Notes under the pieces: model-generated | What the model saw: the letters and a program-made list of their open reading frames with translations, nothing else | Told to the model about the DNA's origin: nothing | The model's database searches: none | Source of the DNA: Jimgerdemannia flammicorona | Lineage: Eukaryota | Direction of reading: 5' to 3' | DNA length: 35,205 bases | NCBI GenBank assembly: GCA_003990765.1 | Contig: RBNJ01000259.1 | Location: 1-35,205 of the forward strand | Shown: piece by piece, positions 1-10,870 of the stretch | Numbering within the stretch: the first letter of the stretch is position 1 | Layout of the letters: every line of letters begins with the position of its first letter | Translations under genes and position numbers: made by a program

Positions 1-110
1 TTTTTTTATAGTCACTCAGACTTTGCTATTTATTATTAATCTATCACATATAATTACATTATTCCCTCACACTACTCAATATCTCTAGAGAGCCTTCTCC
101 ATACTTTTAT
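1..110 (-). mobile_element. 3' end of LINE copy B (poly(A) tail, 3' UTR, last codons of ORF2), separated from the rest of B by insertion of copy A
   Basis: Minus strand reads AATAAATAGCAAAGTCTGAGTGACTATAAAAAAA, the same terminal motif as copies A, C and F. 97-110 (CTCCATACTTTTAT) matches 4208-4221 (CCCCACACTCTTAT) except for three C/T differences. Confidence 0.75.
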
Positions 111-186
111 TTTTTTTATAGTCTCTTGGACTCCTTTCTTTATTAATATGTCCATCTATCTTATATATCATATATTGAGCCTATCT

Positions 187-3100
187 CTATCTAATCTCTC
201 TAGGGGGCCCCCTTCCCTCCACCCCTTCATGATTAAAGATCACTAGGCCATTAACCATCACTACTTGCCCCCTACTTTGCTTACAGATTCCTTCTACCAA
301 ATGGTGATAATACCCACTCTGGAGACTCTAACTCACCCATCACTTTGTCAGTAAATCTCCCACCAACCCCTCCCATTATAACAGCTTCCTCTGCAGACCC
401 AGCTGTTGCTCCTCCTCAAAAACAAAGAGCCAATGTCCAGTCAGCCCTACCTATATAGCTAAAACCCACTCTACAGTGAGTCACTCATTGTCTATACCTC
501 TTACCAACTTAGTTCTCAAATTATCTCATTGATCTCTCTCCTTAACCAATCTCCTTCTAACCTTCAACTATTTACCAACTACTAATCAAAAGTCTCCCAG
601 AACCTCACACTCACTCAGCCAATGTTCTGGTATCTGTACAAATCCCCCAACTTGTCTCACATTATAATACTCCTCATATTCTAATTGTCTACCGTCTACC
701 AGATATCTAGTATAGAAATTCAACATGATATTCCTTGTAGCATCCACCACCATACTACCCAGAACTTGAGAGGGAGCCACCTATACACCTCAGCACTCTA
801 TGACTAGACTCCTGCTTAGTCCTACTCTTTATCAATTTTTACTACTTGCTAACTATTAGGCTAAAGATCCTGACCCAATCCCCTCTGATACTCCACTCCA
901 TCACTAATATCAAACTCAATAAGTAGAGCACCCTTCAATAGTAGTCTGTTCTACCTCTATATAGCTAGCCTCCACAGTATCTCTCCTTTATTGCTCTGCC
1001 AGCACAAACCTATATGGTGGGCTCCATTAGCTACTCTCTACCAGAAGCCTTTATATCTTAACTGATAGCTTTTACCCAGATTCACCAGAGACAGCAAATC
1101 CCCTGAGAACCCTCTTGAGGAGAATCTCATCTCCCACATCTTCTATATCAGTGGCACTCATCTCTCTCCCTGCAGTTCAATAGTCTACTTCAGCCACTAA
1201 GCTCTTAGACAGTATAGCTACTTAGGAAAATCTACCAGTCTAAGCCCCTCTCCAAATCACCAGTATTGAAAGGGTATCCCAACTGATCTGAGACTGCCTC
1301 CCAGCCTAAATCTAATCCTTAGCCAGCTTCATCAGTCTCTTCACAATCCAAGCTAGAAAGTCCAAGTAATATACAATATACCATAGCTTAGGGAATCAGT
1401 AAATATTCAGAATTGACACCCAGCCTGCCAGGGAGATGTGTTGACCTCTCCAACTTTAAAGAGCCTCTCCCTAGATAGCCACCCTCCTCTTTCACTATAC
1501 TTACAGTAAGACAGATCCATAGACTGAGAGGAAGATGTCTAGGTACTGCATGGTCTCTCCTGTAGAGACAATTGTTTCAATGACATCTCCTCCCACTAGC
1601 CCATTTCCCAACACCATTGTCTCATACTTATATCAGTTGAGTTTCACCCCAGAATATGCCTCAAACCATTCCACTGTTTTCTTAAGTACCTCAATATCCA
1701 CTACTGACCCAAGTCCAACTACTATATCATCTGCAAAGGCCCCCACCCTCTACACTATATTATAGATAGAGAGCCCTGCCATCTTCTATCAAATTCTATC
1801 CATCAAAGGCTCTAAAGAAAGGGTATATAAAATAGAGGACAGTGGATCTCCCTAAGGAACTCTTCTCTCTAAGGGAAATGCTAGACTCTGATAACCATTA
1901 TACATCAGTGCTACCCTACTGCCCTCCAACAGATTCAATATAGAAACTCAAAATCATGATGGAATACCAATTCTGTCTAGCACCTTATCCAGCCACACCT
2001 GCCAAATACAGTCATAGGCCTTCTCCTGGTTCAGAAATACTAGCCTCCCATCCAATCCACTAGTCTAGATCTCTTTAATGATATTATGGACCCAAGCTAT
2101 CCTATTACTGATAAGTCTGCCTCTAACAAAGCCCCACTACTTCTCCTCCAGCACCTATTGGACAACTTTCTGTAGTCTCACTATGATCACTTTCATAACC
2201 ATCTTCTAGTTTATGTCCAGAAGCATGATTAGTCACTAGTTCTTCCAGTCCTCTCTCCTTCTCTTGTCCTTATACAGTAGGGCCACCAGCCTCAGATCCT
2301 GCCCTACAACCCACTCACTATTTAGAAGAATAAGATTACATAGGGCTACTATTTCTCCTAATACTCCAGGGACTCTCACCATCTTCTTCCAAAAGTCCCA
2401 AGATAGTCCATCCTCTCCTGGTGCTATTCCAAGCTTACTTGTCACAAGTACTCTCTGGATCTCCTCCTTCTTAACTGGTAGGATCAAATCCCCCAGGCTC
2501 TTGACCTGTGACAGTTCCCAATCCTCCAGAGTGTCTCCAATTATCTCTGCATTAGCACCCCTCTCCTCCTTGCTTCACAGACCCCTCTACCTCTTCTTCA
2601 GCAATCCTAAGATCTATTATATACTATGTACCATTTCCTCCTCTACATCAAGGACTCCATCCCATCACTGCCATACCCTTTTTGCTCAAAGTAGTCTTGA
2701 CAAGTACCTAGTAGGCCTTTCACCCTTCTTAAGTCTCTGCTACCTCAGCCTAGCTGCCATTCCTTTTATATACATCTCCTCCTCCTCTCTTAACATCTGT
2801 TATAATTCTACCACCTCCATCCTAGCTCTCACCAACCTCCAATCATCCACCTCTCCAGAGTTTATTACATCTGCCTATTCTATCTATAATCTAACTAACT
2901 GATTTGAAGCACACCTCACCCTTTTTCTTCTCTACCTCTCAGAATTCCTTCCAGTATCCCCCCAGTAGACCCTTGCAGCCTCTTTTAACCTTATCCACTG
3001 AATATCTACTGGTACACCCTCTTGGATCTAGCTTGCAATCTTTCCCTGGATGTCCTCCACTCATGAGTCCCATAATACCTTCTCAGTTAGCAGAGAGGAG

Positions 3101-3813
3101 TTAAGGTGCTAATGTCTGGATTCATCTCCACTCCCCCCAAACCAAGGGCACCACTCTATCTCCAGAGACTGCCAAACATCCATACCCCAGCATTTAGCTG
3201 TCAGGATCCAGTCAATCCTTATTCCTAAGCTATTCACTTAGTATGTATAGATCCTCTTTTCTCCCCACTTTGTTCTGTCCATATCTTCCAAAGAGCTAAG
3301 GTTCTCTACCTCCTCCTATATGTCCAGGCCACCACTCCTTCCACTAGCACTCCTTCCTCCATCAGTTCTATCTAACTGAGAGTTTCATACCATATTAAAG
3401 TCACTATTCAGAATATCTACCCTATCCTCCAAGAAAGTATCCTCCTCTAAGAGCTCCTTAATCCAAGCAATTCTCTCATCCCTAGCTATTAGACAGTAGT
3501 AAGAACCAACTCTCACTGGCTCTCACCCAGGTTGATGCTATTCCCCCCATACCAAATGGTCTCTCTAGTTCCTGATTCCTCCAAGATTCTCTTTACTACT
3601 CTATACCAAAATCACTACTTTGCCAATCCAAGCTACAGCACCTCTCCATTCTCTAGTCTACTCTACTTAATCCACATCATTCTCATACCATACATCTTAT
3701 AGTAGAAAGAGATCAGTCTCTAATCCCTTAAGCTAAGTGAAAATGTTCTTATACTGCCCAGAACTCTATAGTCTATTTACATTAAGAGAGAAAATATTGG
3801 TTGTACTGTTCAT
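187..3813 (-). pseudogene. ORF2 of LINE A (APE endonuclease, reverse transcriptase, CCHC finger), many premature stops
   Basis: Starts MNSTTNIFSLNVN at 3813. Contains APGEDGLSWDFWKKM, LVFLNQEKAYD, GDPLSSILYTLSLEPL, VGAFADD and PEHWLSECEVL, and ends GPPREIR* at about 187. Confidence 0.88.
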
Positions 3814-3851
3814 TGGGAATAATGTTTAGAAGAAAGGTCTCTATACTTCCA

Positions 3852-4207
3852 CTACTGCTCCACCTCCATCTACTCCTGTGCCAAGTCCAAGATATATTCT
3901 GCAGCCTGCTCTTTCTCCTCAACTCTCCTTGCCTCTAATCCCCCCAGGAGCTCATTCAGTTCCCCCTCCTCTCTCTTCTCAAAATCCTCATGATACTCCT
4001 GGCAGGCATCCTGTCAGAGCTGCAGACCATGATACTCTGTTCAACAGTAGGTCACTTACTCATCTGCCACTATAGCCAGCTCAGTCTTTCTCTCTTCATT
4101 AATCTCATATCCCTCCTTCTCCAGAAAAACTGTAAGTACTTCTGCCTTCAATACCTCTACCACTCCATCATTATGCAGGACCCTCACCCATTGCTCATCA
4201 CTCATCA
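3852..4207 (-). pseudogene. C-terminal fragment of LINE A ORF1
   Basis: Homologous to the 31173-31646 ORF (VMSDEQW..., LELWQDACQEYHEDFEK); stop at 3852-3854. Confidence 0.8.
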
Positions 4208-4494
4208 CCCCACACTCTTATGCTTGAAAGCCACCCTGCCACCCACTACTCCAACTCTCCTCTCACTCTGCCTATAGATTTTCTCCACTAAATAGTACTG
4301 CTGACCCCCCTGCAGACTCCATCCCAACCACCAGCCTATCAAGATGTTCTCCATCAACTCTTCTTATCTTACCAATCACTTCCCCAAACTCAAATACTTT
4401 CCTTCCTTAAACACAAACTACCAGTGACCTCTAGTCCTACCTATACTACTAATATCTATCCCAAAGTCAGCCACTTCCTCCCCATCCCTCCTAC
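4208..4494 (-). mobile_element. LINE copy B, ORF2 C-terminal segment between copy A and the hAT element
   Basis: Minus strand encodes GMGRKWLTLG-like sequence homologous to GIGKEWLTLGW of copy E and continues seamlessly at 10871 after the hAT TSD. Confidence 0.8.
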
Positions 4495-4509
4495 TAGTGC
4501 TCCAAACGA
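4495..4509 (+). repeat. Left terminal inverted repeat of hAT element
   Basis: 13/15 match to the reverse complement of 10856-10870. Both mismatches are CG>CA, implying ancestral TAGTGCTCCGAACGA. Confidence 0.92.
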
Positions 4510-4517
4510 ATGGAGTT

Positions 4518-4712
4518 GATCTGGATGAGATTTGATTCAGATTCATCATGTGATAGATTCGAATCAACTTGGATTAGTCTTGTGATCTGATCTGGATTGA
4601 TCCATCTAGATGATCCATCCAGATGATCCATCTGGATTGACCCATCCAGATGATCTATCCAGATTGATCCATCCAGATTGACCCATCTGGATTGATCCAT
4701 CCAGATTGAAAT
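4518..4712. repeat. Left subterminal repeats of hAT (CCATCCAGATTG / CCATCTGGATTG units)
   Basis: About 10 short imperfect 13-14 bp units directly inside the TIR; CA/TG variants imply ancestral CCATCCGGAT. Confidence 0.85.
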
Positions 4713-4910
4713 CTTTAGTGATGTCACTCTTTCTTTTGTTCATTTTGCTCTTGTTTTTTTTTTTCTGCTACACTTTGGTGACATCACCCTTTCCTTTGTT
4801 CCCTCTCTTTTCTTTGTTCTTTTTCTTTATTCTTTCCTGCTGCATCACGAGCAAACAAAACAGCAGCCCTTAATTCGTATATTGGTCCAGTCTACTCATT
4901 TTTCACCCTG

Positions 4911-6949
4911 CAATAATTGTCAAAAGAGGGAGTATTCGAGGTGGAAATGCACTCTCTACTGAAAATGTTAGATTCTTTCTCATATGGATAGCATACAAGC
5001 TGCTCATCGAGAGCCAAAGAGGTGACGGTGGTGGTGGTGGTGATAGCGATGGCGGGGATGAGGGAGAATTCTGGTAACAACTCACGGCAGCCCTTCAGAC
5101 CTCGGAATTCACAGACCTTACAGCTATATACATGGCAGCCTTTTTGGAGCAGCCGATAGTAGATGTAGGTTGCTCACTCGGCTGCTACTTGTTTACTTGT
5201 GTTTATTTAAACTTCCCCAGCATGACCCAATTCACCTTGTGCTTTTCTTAGAGTCTACAGCTCTATGGTGAGATCTGCCAACTTTATTCACAACATCTGG
5301 TCAAGATGAAGAAAGGCTGGCAGACGTTGCAGGGTATGCCTTTGGTGGCTGAGCTATTGAGTTAATGTATCATGTGGTGGAGGTCTCAAAAGAAACAGAA
5401 GCAAGCCTTCATGAGCAATTCTTGTGCAACTCATGTAACTTGTCAGCATGCAACTCATCAGCATGCAGCTCACTCACTCACACTCTTTTTCTGAAATACC
5501 CATCTCCGTGTTTTATTTAATTTCATTTTTACGTGGTCTCCCTCTAAAAAACACCCACACTTGCATGCAACCCACATGCAACCCATCTGCACACAACCTG
5601 CCCACCCACACACAACCTGCCCACATGCAACCTGCCCACATGCAACCCATCTACATACTTATCTCGGTCCCTCAGATTAGGGCTCAGTTCCATTGGAAAG
5701 GAGAGTTCAAAGTTACCCAAGTTCAACTATGTCTGGTGTCTGATCAAATAGAGAAATTCGAGGGCAAGATGTTCAGCATGAGCAGTACCAGCATTGTCAT
5801 CAAGGCTTGGGGGTCTATATTCGAATCAGAGCCAATCATACTCAACCAAGGGGTCCATTGGTCAGCAGGAGTAACCAATGATGAAGAGAACCATATCTTT
5901 ATTAATGAATGCAAGAGGTGGTTATGATAGTGGTAAGGAATCTCTATGGTGACAAGCTTCACCACCACATCAACAAGATTTGTGAGGATTGCATCAAATA
6001 TTGGGTTGCAGGAAAGAGGGGGCGAAAAAAGCAAGGAGAGGGGGTTTGGATGGGAATTGGGTACATATACTGCAATACTGGCAAAGGGTGGGTTCTGGAG
6101 TTCCAAAATCCCCTGCACTCATCTCCCTTTTTTTTTAACCCCTCCCCAGATAAATCACACTCTTTGCTGATATACTCTTTTTGATACAATTCCAGGGATA
6201 CACAAGATTCTATACTCCTACCAGAACTTTAGAAGTGCCATCGAAGAGTAAACTGCATGCAAGCATGACACAGCCTGTGCAGCGATGGCAGCTATGATCT
6301 GGGGTTCTTTGAGCAGATTGATAGAGCATATGGCAGGCCAGCTTGGTGGTGATATCGGCACGGCTGTATGTACATTCTTAGCACAATTTAGCATGCTGTA
6401 TGAGGTGAGGAGCTCTGCTTTTTTGGGGTGCTGCAGCCCAGGGGGTTTCTGTGGTCCAGGGGGTTTCTGCCCCCCTGAATGCAAAAAGGACTGACTGGTT
6501 GCCATCCATTTTGGCAGGTTTCCAAGCCGGGGCTCCCAGGGCTGAACCAAGGGCAGGTATCTACCAGCACAGCCTGGCAGTATGAGATCCTGGGCCAAGG
6601 GTTCACCCAACTGTACACTCACATCACATCAGGATATGTCGGGCGCAACCTTTCTCTGCCCATACACACAGACAACAACATCACCCTGATAATGTTTTAC
6701 ATTCCGGAAAGGAAGGGCCCAATCTGGGAGGATAGCAGCAGAGTCTGGTATGACCTTACCTATGGTTTCAGAGTCCCATTTGTGGCCAACATGGCCATCC
6801 TATTCCAACCACATGACCACTATGGCACTATCGCCTTCAAGGAGAGCTCGGACACAATAGTTGTTGTACTCACAATGGATGACAGGCTCATCAAGGCCTG
6901 AGACTGGTAGGTGGAGCAGTTTTTGTGAGGGTTAGGCAATCTTTCGTAA
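4911..6949 (+). pseudogene. Spliced cargo gene of the hAT element; C-terminal putative TET/JBP-like 2OG-Fe(II) dioxygenase domain
   Basis: Frame-preserving introns at 5165-5220 (GT-AG), 5401-5675 (GC-AG), about 6088-6195 and 6405-6517 (GT-AG with CTGAC branch). Last exon: YTHITSGYVGRNLSLPIHTDNNITLIMFYIP...YDLTYGFRVPFVANMAILFQPHDHYGT. HxD at 6665-6673, distal His at 6818-6823. Internal stops are all explicable as C>T/G>A. Start and true stop (6901 or 6949) are uncertain. Confidence 0.6.
5557..5652. repeat. Short tandem repeats (CACATGCAACCTGCC-like) inside a predicted intron of the cargo gene
   Basis: Several imperfect 11-15 bp units, e.g. CCCACATGCAACCTG repeated at about 5620-5650. Confidence 0.7.
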
Positions 6950-7195
6950 GGGTTAGGCAGCCATTTTGTGTGGGTTGGGCAGTCTTATGTGGGGGGGTTG
7001 GGCTAGGCACCTCTTATGTAGCACTAGCTTAGCCGTTATGCAGGGCCCTACTGGCCCCTCAGCTCTGCTCTGTAGTGCTGCCAGTGCAGCGCTGTGGCAC
7101 AGGGCCAGAGTGCTCATGGGACCTGAACCGGTGACTTCGACCACTGGAAATGCCCTCCGACTGCCAGAAGCACCCTCTACCCCAGACTCCTTGGT

Positions 7196-7680
7196 GGCTT
7201 GGGGCTGCCCCTATGCCACTGGTGGAGGGCCGCAAATTTTGCATACTCCCTCCACCTGCCCCACCTATCCCAGACACTTGTGGCTTGGGGCAGCCCCTTG
7301 CTGCCAGCAGAGGGCCACAAATTTTTGCGTGCTCCCTCCATCGACCCCGTGCCTGCCAACCAATCCCACCCACTGACCCGGGTACTGACAGCTTGGGGCT
7401 GCTCCTCACTGCTGGCGGAGGGCCACAAATTTTGCACACTCCCTCTGCCTACCCCCCCAACCCAGATACTTGCAGCTTGGGGCTGCCCCTTGCTGCCAGC
7501 AGAGGGCCACAAATTTTGTGCACTCCCTCCACTGACCTGCCCACTGACCTGCCCACCGACCTGCCCACCGATCCGCCCACCGATCCACCCACCGACCCGC
7601 CCATTGACCCAGGCACTGGCAGCTTGGGGCTGCCCCTTGCTGCTGGCTGAGGACTGCAAATATTGCATGCTCCCTCTGCC
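7196..7680. repeat. Array of five ~57-bp GC-rich palindromic units with variable C-rich spacers
   Basis: GCTTGGGGCTGCCCC...GAGGGCCACAAATTTTG...CTCCCTC begins at about 7197, 7283, 7391, 7475 and 7622. A 12-bp CCACYGACCYGC tandem expands the fourth spacer (about 7529-7610). Confidence 0.9.
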
Positions 7681-7789
7681 ACCACTGCCAACCCTGCCCC
7701 ACTTTGGCTGCAAACTCTGGGCTGAGTCCTCAGGTTTTTTTTTCCTTTTTTATTATTTTGAAAGGTATTAAATATTCCACAAGGCCAAC

Positions 7790-10384
7790 CAACTTATCCA
7801 TGGACCTGCCAAATTTTAGCAGCCCGAGCCCCACTAAGACTTCAGACACATACATGCCCAGATTGTCTCAGCATTCAGTGCACACCTCTTTGGGGCAATG
7901 AGGTCCACCCCACCTGAGAACACCCGCTCGATGAGAGTACTAGAGGCAGGAATCACCAGATAGTCCCAAGCCATACCACACAGGCTGGGGAAGTCTGTTT
8001 GATACAGCTGCATGCCCCAGTGGGTAGAGTAGTGGTTAGATTGGTGGGTTAAATTGGCCCAATGCTTGCCTGACAACCCACCTTCCACCAGTTGAGCACC
8101 TCTGTGTCCTCCAGCAGGACCACGCAGTCGCTGGTAAGGTAAATGGTAAGTTCATCTATTGACGGCAGCTCTTCCACTGATGGCTCCCTCTTCCTCTTTC
8201 TACCAAAGTAAATGTGGATCCCTCGACATATTTGTCTGGACTTCAGCCAGAACCTTTCAGCGGTGTGTAGTTTTTCTGATACACTTCAATTACAGCCTGC
8301 TTGGTTCTCTCAATGAAGTGCTGCTCCCAGCCCTGATCTTTATGATATTGTAGCTTTAAGCATGGGTCCAGCACTGTTTGAAGAAAAGGAGAGTGAGTTT
8401 TTGTGGAGTTTTCTCTATTTTGGAAGGGGCAACAGCCACATACCAACATCGACATACCTATACTGATTGAGTATATGGTGGTATCTGTTTGGAAGTAGTA
8501 TTTTCTAAGCTTACTTAGAGCAACCTCTATGGTGTCTCTCTGATCCGGGCTTAACCGTAAATCACCGCAACCCTCCAGCCTATTCTCGAGCTTGTCCTCT
8601 AGCCAGTCAATCAGAAGGTTGTATACTGGTATTGCAGAGCTTATTGTTGGGGTCGTTTGTTTGACTATATCGTTCATACAATCATCGAAACACTGGCAGT
8701 TATATGTGGTGAGGTGTTGCATTGTGCAGAGGCAGACAAAACGAGTGTGGAGCCAGGGCAATTACCACTTACTTCCAAAACTCTGACAATATTCCTAAGT
8801 ACATCCCACTTGCTTTCATCTAGAGCCTCGGCCCATATTTCCTTGTCGGCAGCCATTGTTGAATCTATTGGCTTTTTTTTTTTTTAAAAAATAAATCTTC
8901 TATCATCCAAAACAGTTGCTTCAGCTGACTGAAGAAAAAAAGGATACATACCACAGCAAACTCCAGCGCATACTGGATCATTGCAAATGTTGAGTTCCAA
9001 TGCATACAGACATCCAATATAAGCTCTTTCGGGGCTAAACTGATTGCCCTATACTGCACAGTAAATTTGTCTTATCATTGTGGAGACGATCAGACCAACA
9101 CAACCAGTTTGCACAGCTTGGAAATTATACTCAGGGCCCCTCCTCTCTCGGATGTTTTGTCTATGTGCATAAGATAGTCCTGATTAGCGAGGTTCAGTAC
9201 GTGGGCCTGGCATCACACACAGTAGCTTTCTGCACTGAAGGCCATGTTTTCCTGTTTGAGGCTAGCTGCTAAACTTGGAAAAATGTTGAGTTATTTGTGG
9301 CATTGTCTATTGTAATGGCCAAAATCTGTATTTGAAATATTTGGTTAACAAATTTATGTGAAAATAAGTAACCAATAAAATCTGGTTTGGTTTAGGACCT
9401 CCCTCAAAATGCCAACCTGATGGCAAGCCCCCCTTTTTTACCTTGGTGGTGATCTCAAGCTCCTGGATACAACTAATAAAAGCATCTGTGATGTTGTCTC
9501 TAGAATGAGGGCTAGTAAGTTTGATGAAGTCAAGGGTGAGAGATTTAAGCTACCAATCGAGGTCAATCCAATAACCAGTAATGCCCAGAAATGAAATTGC
9601 ATTGGGGGATATCCATGTGTCGATCGTAAATAAAATTTTGCCTGCCGAATTCTGCTTATTGAATGTGAGGTTAAATTGGTGAGCTCTTTTATATAATTCA
9701 GCTTGCAAAGGTCATGGTGCTGCCCTTATTTTACCTGAAGTGTCTGGCGGAGATTGTCATGCTCCTTCTTATAGGCCTCCAGGACATCTTTGTGAATAGT
9801 ATCAGCACTTGGCAAATATAAATCATACTTGAGGAGGCCAAAGATGCTATGCAATTGATCACTCTTGATAGTTGTGAATAGCTGGTCTGTGCACACAATC
9901 CAGCAAATGAGCTGATTTCGAAATTCTGCTGAAGAGTATGGCTAAATATTTTTGATTAAATGGCATTGTTGGTACAGAAATGGTCAGGCAATTGGATAAA
10001 CATACCTACCACAGCTTGGATGTCAATTTTATTTGTCTCCATGTTCTTTTTGATTTTGTCAGAGTGCTTGTCTTTTATGTGTCGATTCATGTTCAAAGTT
10101 GTACCCCCAAGTATTTTGAACTTCTGGCTGGTGCAGTTTATGGGGGTGGATGAAACAATATCATGTGTGTGTCAAAACAATATCATGTGTGTGTCAAAAC
10201 AAAGTGTCAATAGGTGCATCTTAATTTTTTATCTGCAATAATTACAAACAACATTATCTCCTATCTTAGCACAATGTTGCCAGATTTCGGAGCAAGGATT
10301 GCATGGAAGGTGTGGAACTATCAGGGATGTTTGACTTGAAGCATCATCAGTACTGTGAACTGTTGAAGACTGATCTGTCGACAT
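7790..10384 (-). pseudogene. hAT transposase (BED zinc finger, DDE RNase H-like core, hATC dimerisation domain), intron-containing and disrupted
   Basis: SEIWQHCAKIGDNVVCNYC / GGTTLNMNRHIKDKH (BED); FTIDTWISPNAISFLGITGYWID; ILAITIDNATNN; ELILDVCMHWNSTFAMI; VLDPCLKLQY; VLNWWK|LYQTDFPSLCGMAWDYLVIPASSTLIERVFSGG...CMCLKS. Ends are approximate. Confidence 0.93.
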
Positions 10385-10463
10385 GTGTGTTTGCATGTTT
10401 GCATGTGCATGTGTATGTGTGTGTGTGTTGTGTTGTGGACACATCCAGCATATGAGTCATGTG

Positions 10464-10850
10464 GAGGATTTGGATTGGAGGATTTGGTTGAAGGATTCAG
10501 ATGAGGATTCAGATTGAAGGATTCGAATTGGAGGATTCGAATTGGAGAATTCAAATTGGAGGATTCAAATTGGAGGATTTGAATTAAGTGATTCAGATTG
10601 AGTGATTCAGATTGGGGTGGTTTGGATGGATGATTCGGATGGGTGATTTGGATGGGGTGATTTGGATGGGGCGATTCGGATTGAGTGATTCAGATTGAGT
10701 GATTCGGATTGGGGTGGTTCGGATGGGTGATTTGGATGGGGCGATTTGGATGGGGCAATTCGGATTAAATCTGAGTTGATTCAGATGGCTTTGGATTTGA
10801 GATTCGAATCAAACTGTTATGTGACAAATCGAATCCGGATTTGATTCGAA
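10464..10850. repeat. Right subterminal repeats of hAT (GATTCGGATTG / GATTCAGATTG / TTTGGATGGG units)
   Basis: More than 20 short imperfect units upstream of the transposase start, related in inverted orientation to the left subterminal motif. Confidence 0.88.
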
Positions 10851-10855
10851 TTGAC

Positions 10856-10870
10856 TTGTTCGGAGCACTA
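10856..10870 (-). repeat. Right terminal inverted repeat of hAT element
   Basis: TTGTTCGGAGCACTA, followed directly by the TSD copy CCTTCTAC. Confidence 0.92.

Larger units (their letters stand above)
111..4207 (-). mobile_element. LINE copy A (L1/Tx1-like non-LTR retrotransposon), 5'-truncated within ORF1
   Basis: Poly(T) plus ATAGTCTCTTGGACT at 111-132, degenerate ORF2 and ORF1 C-terminus collinear with copy E, flanked by a 14-bp degenerate TSD (97-110 / 4208-4221). Confidence 0.88.
4495..10870 (-). mobile_element. Complete hAT-superfamily DNA transposon (6376 bp) with a cargo gene
   Basis: TIRs TAGTGCTCCAAACGA (4495-4509) and reverse complement TAGTGCTCCGAACAA (10856-10870). 8-bp TSD CCTCCTAC (4487-4494) / CCTTCTAC (10871-10878). 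Subterminal repeats at both ends and a hAT transposase inside. Confidence 0.95.

Noticed and set aside
6928..6958. Two AGGGTTAGGC telomere-like motifs
   Set aside because: Only two non-tandem copies at the end of the cargo gene; not a telomeric array.
7196..7680. CRISPR-like repeat-spacer appearance
   Set aside because: Units are ~57 bp and degenerate, spacers are related to each other and vary widely in length, there are no cas genes, and the context is an intron-containing eukaryotic transposon.
6953..7771. Many overlapping 100-190 aa ORFs on both strands
   Set aside because: By-product of the GC-rich repeat array; translations are repetitive with no recognisable domain.
10154..10201. 22-bp direct duplication AACAATATCATGTGTGTGTCAA
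   Set aside because: Simple local duplication inside a predicted transposase intron; no sign of function.
4495..10870. Higher CpG retention in the hAT as proof that the cargo protects the element
   Set aside because: The hAT is younger than the LINE it interrupts, and LINE E without cargo also retains CpGs; age alone can explain it.
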